Below, piece after piece: positions 57,826-64,000 of a stretch of 64,000 nucleotides of DNA (positions within the stretch are counted from its first letter, which is position 1; each line of letters opens with the position of its first letter). Source of the DNA: an uncultured Collinsella sp. Its GTDB lineage: Bacteria > Actinomycetota > Coriobacteriia > Coriobacteriales > Coriobacteriaceae. The DNA lies in NCBI GenBank assembly GCA_902464565.1, contig CABQJV010000006.1:27839-91838 (forward strand). Direction: 5' to 3'. The notes under the pieces are model-generated. The model was not told where the DNA came from, did not search any database, and worked only from the letters and a program-made list of their open reading frames with translations. A program made the translations under genes and the position numbers.

Positions 57826-59259
57826 TTAATCGCCGTTTTTGAGTGTGCGGCCCTGTTTTTCGAACTTGTGCATGTCGCTATCGGCCATACCCTGCGACTT
57901 ATCCTCGTGACGCTTGGCGTATAGCGGATCGTCGGAGTCGTTCCAGATGCGGTCGGCGACAGGTGACCATGCCTCGGCGGCAGCCTGGGTCTTTTCGCGC
58001 AGCTGCTCGGGTGACTCCTTCTCGATTAGGTCGGTGCTCATTGCGCCACTCTCGGCAACCATTTTGGGCAGCACGTCGGGATTCTCGAGCATGGGGCATG
58101 GTTTGAGGTAGTTGTCGTTGAACGGCATGTTTTCGTAATACTTCATAAAGAGGGGAGAGCGCAGCGCGTCGAGTAAGCTCACATCGTGGATGTTGGCGTT
58201 TGAGTAGTGGATGAACACGCACGGCTCCACGTCTCCGGCGGCGTTGATGTGCAGGTAGCGGCGGCCGCCGGCGATACATCCGCCTACAAACTCGCCGTCG
58301 TTTTGGAAGTCGAGCGTAAACAGCGGCTTCTTCTCACGCATTTCGCGGATAAAGTGATACATGTGCTCGCGCTGCTCGGGCGTGGGCATGAGCTCGGGGG
58401 TTGCATTGCGGCCAACCGGCATAAAGTGGAAGTACCAGCAGAAGAGTGCTCCCTCGCCGATCATCCAGTCCATGTTCTCCTCGGTAGCAACCGTATCGGC
58501 ATTGGCACTGGTCCAACAGGTGGAGATACCAAACGGCAAGTCGCGCTCGCGCAGGAGTTTCATGGCGTGCTCGATCTTTGCGTAGGTACCTTCGCCGCGG
58601 CGGGCGTCGGTTGTGTGCTCATTGCCCTCGGCGCTGATGGCGGGGACAAAATTACCTACGCGAATCATGTCGTTGCAGAAGGCCTCGTTGATCAGCGTGG
58701 AGTTGGTAAAGCAGAGAAACACGCAGTCCTGATGTTTTTCGCAAATTCTGATCAGGTCGTGCTTGCGAACGAGCGGCTCGCCGCCGGTATAGATGTAGAT
58801 ATGCGTACCGAGCTCTTTGCCCTGCGTAACGATAGAGTCGATGTCTTCGAACGAGAGATTCTGCTTGTAGCCGTACTCAGCGGCCCAGCAGCCCGTGCAA
58901 TGCAGGTTGCAGGCGCTCGTGGGATCGAGCAGGATGGCCCACGGAACGTTGCACTGGTACTTTTCGCGGTTCTTTTCCTGCTCTGGCCAAGCAAGCAGGT
59001 TGGCGTCGACAATGAGGGTCTTAAGCAGCTTGGTTCGCATCTGGGGATTAAGGCTGAACACACGCATGATCAGGTCATACCAATTGCCGCGGCTCTTGAT
59101 GACATTGGTGAATGCCTCTCGCTGTACAGGAAATACGCGATTGGGGACCAGCTTGTTCACGAGGTCCATGATTTTGTCGATGTTTTCTTGCGGGTTGTCG
59201 TCGAGATAATCGATGAGCTTGTTGAGCGCTGCACGCTCTGCTGACTGTGTAAGCGACAT
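57826..59259 (-). CDS. Radical SAM protein with SPASM/twitch-like domain
   Basis: CNLHCTGC, YTGGEP, FTN, C-terminal GCIAGGRRYLHINAAGDVEPC and PCP; AAAGGA spacing favours start 59259 over 59265. Confidence 0.93.
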   Translation of the reverse strand: MSLTQSAERAALNKLIDYLDDNPQENIDKIMDLVNKLVPNRVFPVQREAFTNVIKSRGNWYDLIMRVFSLNPQMRTKLLKTLIVDANLLAWPEQEKNREKYQCNVPWAILLDPTSACNLHCTGCWAAEYGYKQNLSFEDIDSIVTQGKELGTHIYIYTGGEPLVRKHDLIRICEKHQDCVFLCFTNSTLINEAFCNDMIRVGNFVPAISAEGNEHTTDARRGEGTYAKIEHAMKLLRERDLPFGISTCWTSANADTVATEENMDWMIGEGALFCWYFHFMPVGRNATPELMPTPEQREHMYHFIREMREKKPLFTLDFQNDGEFVGGCIAGGRRYLHINAAGDVEPCVFIHYSNANIHDVSLLDALRSPLFMKYYENMPFNDNYLKPCPMLENPDVLPKMVAESGAMSTDLIEKESPEQLREKTQAAAEAWSPVADRIWNDSDDPLYAKRHEDKSQGMADSDMHKFEKQGRTLKNGD

Positions 59260-59391
59260 GGGCATATCCTTTCACATGCGCCTTGTGTGTGATAATACCC
59301 ACTTGTGGATTAAACGAAGTATAAAGATTTGCAATGTGTCTATTCAACGAATCAATTTGATTTGGGGTGAAGCGGTATAGCGGACGCTCTC

Positions 59392-59409
59392 TAAGTTGCG
59401 GTGAAATAG
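59392..59409. repeat. Family B half-element (single arm)
   Basis: TAAGTTGCGGTGAAATAG with no partner arm at the expected distance. Confidence 0.8.
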
Positions 59410-59446
59410 TGTCAGATGGGGATGCGGACGATGTCTTGGACCGCGC

Positions 59447-60757
59447 CTAGGCGTATCCATTGGAATCCTCCGATGCGCCTTCGCACGCTCGCATGACCTC
59501 GATACCATGCGAGCGTGCGAACTCGACGAGCTCTGCGTTGCGGGCGTTTATGGTGCCGAAGGCGGCGGGGCACACGATAAGGCGTGCGCAGTGGACGAGG
59601 AGCTCTTTGGCGCGGGCTATGGTTTTATCCCCGATTGGCTCGAAGGCGCGCTCGGCCACGCATTCCGTCGCTAGGTCGCGCGCGAGCTCGCAGTCGATGT
59701 CCCCTTCGTGCAGAACGCCCGCGTAGAACGCCTTGCCCTGCCGGATGAGCTGGCGAAACACAGCCGACCCCGTACCTGCGCCAGCGATGACGAACGTGTG
59801 CGCATCGCCGTGTGGGCGCCCAATTTCCACGCTGCCGAAGCGCTCGTTGAAGGTGCCATGTTGAAGGCCGTAGAGCTCGCCAATCGTCTCGCGCGTGAAA
59901 ATGTCCTCGGGTGCGCCGGCGCGGAAGACCCGGCCGTCCTTCACGCAAATCACCTTGTCGGCGCTTTTCTGCGCGAGCTCGAGTTCGTGGATGGACATGA
60001 TGACAGCCACATTCCGAGATTTCGAAAGGTGGCGAAGTATTCGCAGCAGGTCGATCTGGTAGCGGATATCGAGATACGACGTGGGCTCGTCGAGCACGAG
60101 CACACGCGGATCCTGCGCGATGGCTCGTGCAAGCATGACGCGCTGGCGTTGCCCGTCGCTTATCTGCATGAAGTCGCGCTCGGCGAGCTCTTCCACATGT
60201 GCGGTTTTCATGGCCTCATCGACCCGACTATGGTCGTCGGGCGAGAGTGTGCCCATTCGCCCGGTGTAGGGATGCCTTCCCGCCTCTACGATATCGCGGC
60301 AGGTGAGGAGCTCAGTCCGGGGTCGATCTGTCAGCATAACGGCAAGGTTCCTTGCGAACTCCGCCGTCTTCCATCGGGAAATCTCCCGCCCGTCGAGCTC
60401 GACCGCGCCGGCAAGCGGTGCCAGATGGCGTGTGATGGTTTTCAAGATGGTCGACTTGCCCGAGCCGTTCGGCCCGATGAGCGCCACGACGTCGCCCGCG
60501 CGAACCTCCAGCTCGACGCCTTCGACTACGACCTTCTTGTCGTAGCCCGCCGACAGGTCGCTTATGCGGAAAAGCGGCGCTCCGTCAGCCTGCGTTTTTA
60601 CCGGGGTTTCGAGGTTCGACTCTGCTCGAAGGAGGCGTTCCGCGCGCAGTTCCGCACGAGCAGAAAGTGTCTTCTGGCGCTTTCGTGCGAGCTTAGGACT
60701 GTCTAAGCATGGAATGTCCCCTCCGAGCGTTTTGGGCCGCGGCACGAATTCCCCCAT
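59447..60757 (-). CDS. FecE/BtuD-like ABC transporter ATP-binding protein with N- and C-terminal extensions
   Basis: GPNGSGKST, GRHPY, ISDGQRQR, LDEPTSYLD, SIHE; ATG directly follows the permease stop. Confidence 0.92.
   Translation of the reverse strand: MGEFVPRPKTLGGDIPCLDSPKLARKRQKTLSARAELRAERLLRAESNLETPVKTQADGAPLFRISDLSAGYDKKVVVEGVELEVRAGDVVALIGPNGSGKSTILKTITRHLAPLAGAVELDGREISRWKTAEFARNLAVMLTDRPRTELLTCRDIVEAGRHPYTGRMGTLSPDDHSRVDEAMKTAHVEELAERDFMQISDGQRQRVMLARAIAQDPRVLVLDEPTSYLDIRYQIDLLRILRHLSKSRNVAVIMSIHELELAQKSADKVICVKDGRVFRAGAPEDIFTRETIGELYGLQHGTFNERFGSVEIGRPHGDAHTFVIAGAGTGSAVFRQLIRQGKAFYAGVLHEGDIDCELARDLATECVAERAFEPIGDKTIARAKELLVHCARLIVCPAAFGTINARNAELVEFARSHGIEVMRACEGASEDSNGYA
60624..60728. 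repeat. Rod-shaped palindromic element, family C copy 2, inside the 5' end of the ABC ATPase ORF
   Basis: Shares AGTTCCGCACGAGC, TTCGTGCGAGC and AGGACTGT with 49118-49171; stems differ in sequence but still pair. Confidence 0.8.
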
Positions 60758-61798
60758 CTACTTCACCCGCTTCTTCAACATGAGCGCGATAACCACCGGC
60801 GCGCCGAAGATGGCGGTGACGGCGCTGATGGAAAGCTCGACGGGAGAGAACAGCGTGCGCGCGATCAAATCGCAGCCCGCGCAGAAGATGGCGCCTCCTA
60901 AGAAGCACGCAGGAATCACGCGGATGGGCTTCGACGACTTCAGCGCCGACTTCACGAGATGCGGAACCGCGATGCCTACGAACGACACCGGACCAGCGAA
61001 CGCGGTCACGCAGGCGGAGAGCATGCTCGCTAGAAGGACGAGCACCACGCGGAAGCGTGCGACGTTCACGCCGACGCTTTTCGCGTAGGCTTCTCCCAGC
61101 TGGAAGGCGGAAAGGGGCTTCGATATCGTGAATACGCATGCGCTCACGGTGATCACCACGACCGCGATGACCGCGATGTCGTCCCAGCTCGAACCCGAGA
61201 AGCTACCCAAAGACCAGTTGTGCAGGTTCACGATGGACTGGTCGTCGGCGAAGGCGATAAGGAAGTTCGTCGCCGCCGAGCAGATGTATCCCACCATGAC
61301 GCCCGCCACGATGAGCATGGCCATGGAATTTATGCGCCGTGCGATGAGGAGCACGAAGCCGATGGTGATAAGCGAGCCCAGAAACGCTGCGGCCACCATG
61401 GCCGGCGAGGACATGGCCTGGTTCGCGCCCAGAAGTACGATCATCGTAAGCGCGACGACGAACTTTGCGCCCGAGGAGACGCGCAAGATGAACGGGTCGG
61501 CGATGGGATTGTTGAAAAACGTCTGCAGCAGGAACCCGGAGAGGGAAAGCGCCCCGCCGAGAAGCACGGCTGAAAGCACACGCGGCAGGCGAATCTCCCA
61601 GATGACTTGGCTTTCCATGGAATTGGCCGCGCCGCCCGAAAGGATGCCGGGGATGTGGTCTGCGGGCACGAGCACGCTCCCGATGCACAGGTTGGCCCCG
61701 ACGAGCACGATGAGGACAACAGCGAGCAGCGCCGTCACGACGCGACACCGCGCGGCGCGCCCCGATTCGTCGTATGTCATGGAAAGTCGGCTTTTCAT
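60758..61798 (-). CDS. FecCD/BtuC family ABC permease
   Basis: IRLPRV, LQTFFNNPIADP, W.LGSF, LGEAYAKSVGV, GPVSFVGIAVPH, GAPV. Confidence 0.94.
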   Translation of the reverse strand: MKSRLSMTYDESGRAARCRVVTALLAVVLIVLVGANLCIGSVLVPADHIPGILSGGAANSMESQVIWEIRLPRVLSAVLLGGALSLSGFLLQTFFNNPIADPFILRVSSGAKFVVALTMIVLLGANQAMSSPAMVAAAFLGSLITIGFVLLIARRINSMAMLIVAGVMVGYICSAATNFLIAFADDQSIVNLHNWSLGSFSGSSWDDIAVIAVVVITVSACVFTISKPLSAFQLGEAYAKSVGVNVARFRVVLVLLASMLSACVTAFAGPVSFVGIAVPHLVKSALKSSKPIRVIPACFLGGAIFCAGCDLIARTLFSPVELSISAVTAIFGAPVVIALMLKKRVK

Positions 61799-61802
61799 GG
61801 TG

Positions 61803-63374
61803 CTAGCCGAGCTTCCTCAGATAATGGAAGTCGCTCGCCTCATCGCCGGTGAACGCCCCGTGCAGCTCGTCGATAATGTCGGCGGTAGAAGTCATCTGCT
61901 GGTACATGTCGGCGCTTGTGACCCAGACGTTGCCGTTCTTTACGGCTTTGAACTGCGACAATAGCGCGTTTTTGCCTACGAAGTCTTTCAAGGTGGCAAC
62001 CGATTCGTCGATGGTGCCGTTGTAGACGATGATGTCGGCATCCTTCGCCGTCGCGTAGAAGCGCTCCATTTCGAGCGTTACTGACGAACCTGACGTCGAC
62101 GCCGTCTGCGCGTCATCGAGCGCGTAGCTGCCGCCTGCAAGCTCGATCATCTGCGCCACGTAGTCGCCCGCCCGCCGCGTGACGGCGGCCCCGTTCGAGT
62201 TAATGTAGAAATACGCCACGGTTTTACCTGACGACGCGAGCCTCGACGTTTGCTCGACGCGGGCCTTCTGCTCGTTGAACAGGTGCGCGGCCTCGTCTTC
62301 CTTGTCGAACAGGACGCCGAAAAGCTTAATCCACTCGACGCGCCCGAGTGCTTCGGGCTCGCTCGACGACTGTTCGGTGAGCACGACGAGCCCGAGCTTC
62401 TGCAGCTTTTCCTTCACATCGGGCGTGTGGTTGATCATGGTGTTCTCGATGGCGAGCGTGCAGCCCGAGGCCGATATTCTCTCGTAGTCGGGCGCGCTGT
62501 ACTTGCCGCCGTAGGCGATCGCCCCACTTTCGAGCGCGCTTTTGAAGCCCGCGACCGAGCAATCGTTAGCCTTCGTGCCCGACATGAGGATATTGTCGTT
62601 CGCATCGAGCGCGTCGACCAGGCACATCGTCGCCGACGACACGAGGTACACCTTGTCGGCGGGGCGCCTTATGACCGCGATGTCGGAGCTCAACCCATCA
62701 GGTACCTTCGCATCTTGTGGCACCACGAGGAAGCGCTCCCCGTTCGAAATGCAGATAAGCCGCAGGCCGCCTTCGAACTCGTCGACAGTGAAGTGCTCGG
62801 CGTATTCAAGTTGAAGCGTCCCCGTCGGCTTCCAGCCGCAGCCCAAATCGGCGTTGTGGAAGTCTGCCGCGGCGCTTGAAGCCGTTCCCGCAGAGGAGCC
62901 GCCGCTTGCATCGTCGCCCGTTTTCTTCTTCATGGTGGATGAATCGAAGTGGAGCGTGTAGTCGATGGTGTGCGGCGTCGACATGGCGACGGTCTCGGCC
63001 GACACGGCGATGTCCTCGTCGAGCGTGACGGGTATCTCGAACGTGGAGTTGCCGCCGTCGTTTACGGGCGCGTAGTCCACGCCGTTGACGGTCATTTTGT
63101 CGTAGTTCGAACTCGACCAGGTGATGGTCGCGGTGTAGGTGTCGCCATCCTTCACAATTGTGGTGGGTGAGGCGATGCTTGCGCGCCCTGACCCGCCGGA
63201 GAGCGAGACGCTCACAGTGTATTCCTGAGAGCCTGCCGTGCCACCGGTCGCGTTCGGGCTCGCACTGCACCCCGCGAAGGGAAGCGCGAACAGGGCGACG
63301 AGAACGCAGGCGATCGCGCGCACCGCGATGCTGCGACGCTTCCTGCTTTCCCCCTTGGGAAGAATCGACCGCAT
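61803..63374 (-). CDS. ABC substrate-binding lipoprotein with an extra N-terminal beta (NEAT-like) domain
   Basis: Lipobox FAGC; class III SBP motifs GKYSAPDYE, LGRVEWIKLFG, FKAVKNGNVW; N-terminal beta-rich domain. Confidence 0.88.
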   Translation of the reverse strand: MRSILPKGESRKRRSIAVRAIACVLVALFALPFAGCSASPNATGGTAGSQEYTVSVSLSGGSGRASIASPTTIVKDGDTYTATITWSSSNYDKMTVNGVDYAPVNDGGNSTFEIPVTLDEDIAVSAETVAMSTPHTIDYTLHFDSSTMKKKTGDDASGGSSAGTASSAAADFHNADLGCGWKPTGTLQLEYAEHFTVDEFEGGLRLICISNGERFLVVPQDAKVPDGLSSDIAVIRRPADKVYLVSSATMCLVDALDANDNILMSGTKANDCSVAGFKSALESGAIAYGGKYSAPDYERISASGCTLAIENTMINHTPDVKEKLQKLGLVVLTEQSSSEPEALGRVEWIKLFGVLFDKEDEAAHLFNEQKARVEQTSRLASSGKTVAYFYINSNGAAVTRRAGDYVAQMIELAGGSYALDDAQTASTSGSSVTLEMERFYATAKDADIIVYNGTIDESVATLKDFVGKNALLSQFKAVKNGNVWVTSADMYQQMTSTADIIDELHGAFTGDEASDFHYLRKLG

Positions 63375-63378
63375 GGCG

Positions 63379-63912
63379 TTACTTCAGTGCGTCGGCGCGC
63401 AGATCGACGCCGGCGGATTCGAACACGAGCGTGCGGTCGTACCACTGCTCTTTTCTAATACTCCACGCGGCGCAGGCGGTGTCCTCGTCGAGCGCTTCAA
63501 CGGGCACGTCGTAGGTGTACTTGCCTTCCGCGTTTTCCACATAGGGGATGAAGTCGGCCTCGCTCGCGGCGGCAGCCTCGTCGCCCGTGCCCATGAAGAG
63601 CTTGCCGTAGCCCGTGCCGGAAAGCGTCATCACGCAGTGCATGGAGCCGTTTTCCACGATGAGCTGGGCGTCCACAATCCTGAACATGTTCGAGCTGGAA
63701 TCTACGGTGATCGGATAGGTGCCGTCGGCCACCTTGTCGGCGGTGATGGGGGCAGCGCTTGCGCCCTCGGGCGCATCGGCCGCCTGTTCGGTCTTTTCCT
63801 GGGAATCGGCATCGCTTGCCTTTGCGCTGTCGATTGAATTTCCGCCGCAGCCGGCGAGCGAGAACGCGAAAAGCGCCGCTGACAGGGCGAAGGCGAGGGT
63901 TTTCTTCAACAT
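63379..63912 (-). CDS. Small lipoprotein with a NEAT-like beta domain
   Basis: GAAAGGA RBS, lipobox LAGC, DGTY.I.V.SSS.MFRI, MTLSGTGY..LFMG, WYDRTL.F. Confidence 0.75.
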   Translation of the reverse strand: MLKKTLAFALSAALFAFSLAGCGGNSIDSAKASDADSQEKTEQAADAPEGASAAPITADKVADGTYPITVDSSSNMFRIVDAQLIVENGSMHCVMTLSGTGYGKLFMGTGDEAAAASEADFIPYVENAEGKYTYDVPVEALDEDTACAAWSIRKEQWYDRTLVFESAGVDLRADALK

Positions 63913-64000
63913 GGAGGGGGTTCCTTTCAATCGCTTCGACCGCCCGCGCCGTGCGGTGGGCGGGCGGGATGCGAATGCAACGGGCATGCGCCGTCAGTCG

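Noticed and set aside
59311..59342. Possible TetR operator TAAACG-N20-TGTCTA upstream of the radical SAM gene
   Set aside because: Symmetry is weak and there is no convincing second copy upstream of tetR.
1503..63837. Many long antisense or alternative-frame ORFs (e.g. 3913-6000, 20272-21852, 46707-48995, 49730-51514)
   Set aside because: They are shadow ORFs of high-GC3 genes, overlap well-supported CDSs and show no recognisable motifs.
63913..64000. Cobalamin riboswitch upstream of the importer
   Set aside because: Only 88 nt of leader are visible and no B12-box was seen; it may lie outside the window.

Overview
High-GC bacterial chromosomal window, most consistent with a gut Coriobacteriaceae (Collinsella-like) genome. 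This is inferred from actinobacterial genes (sepIVA-like, usfX-sigF) mixed with Firmicutes-like gene order (plsX-acpP-rnc-smc-ftsY-ffh; asp23-nusB-xseB-tlyA-nadK-recN). Most of the window is co-oriented housekeeping DNA: coaD..ffh, thyA-folA, ftsH, T-box-ileS-lspA-rluD, rarA, a DUF948/anti-sigma/SigB-F cassette, alaS-ruvX-mltG-aroK-aroB-like-pepQ-efp-nusB..recN, an RpiR-linked fructose-family PTS locus, cca and two tRNA-Glu(CTC). It ends with a TetR/radical SAM pair and a probably acquired NEAT-like lipoprotein/FecCD ABC importer. No CRISPR array, phage gene or transposase was seen. The most unusual signal is non-coding: several small palindromic or rod-shaped elements, three of them recurring within the window. 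One has an invariant core with covarying stems and occurs both in an intergenic region (49032-49257) and apparently translated in-frame in the N-terminus of an ABC ATPase (60624-60728). Another is a fixed-length 69-bp inverted-repeat element with a truncated copy at the edge of the transporter island. Other points of interest are a DUF134-NifB/NifX fusion with an internal RBS and twin palindromic operators, an apparently catalytically dead AroB, and an ileS T-box with a non-canonical antiterminator bulge. All functional calls come from reading motifs by eye; no searches were run.
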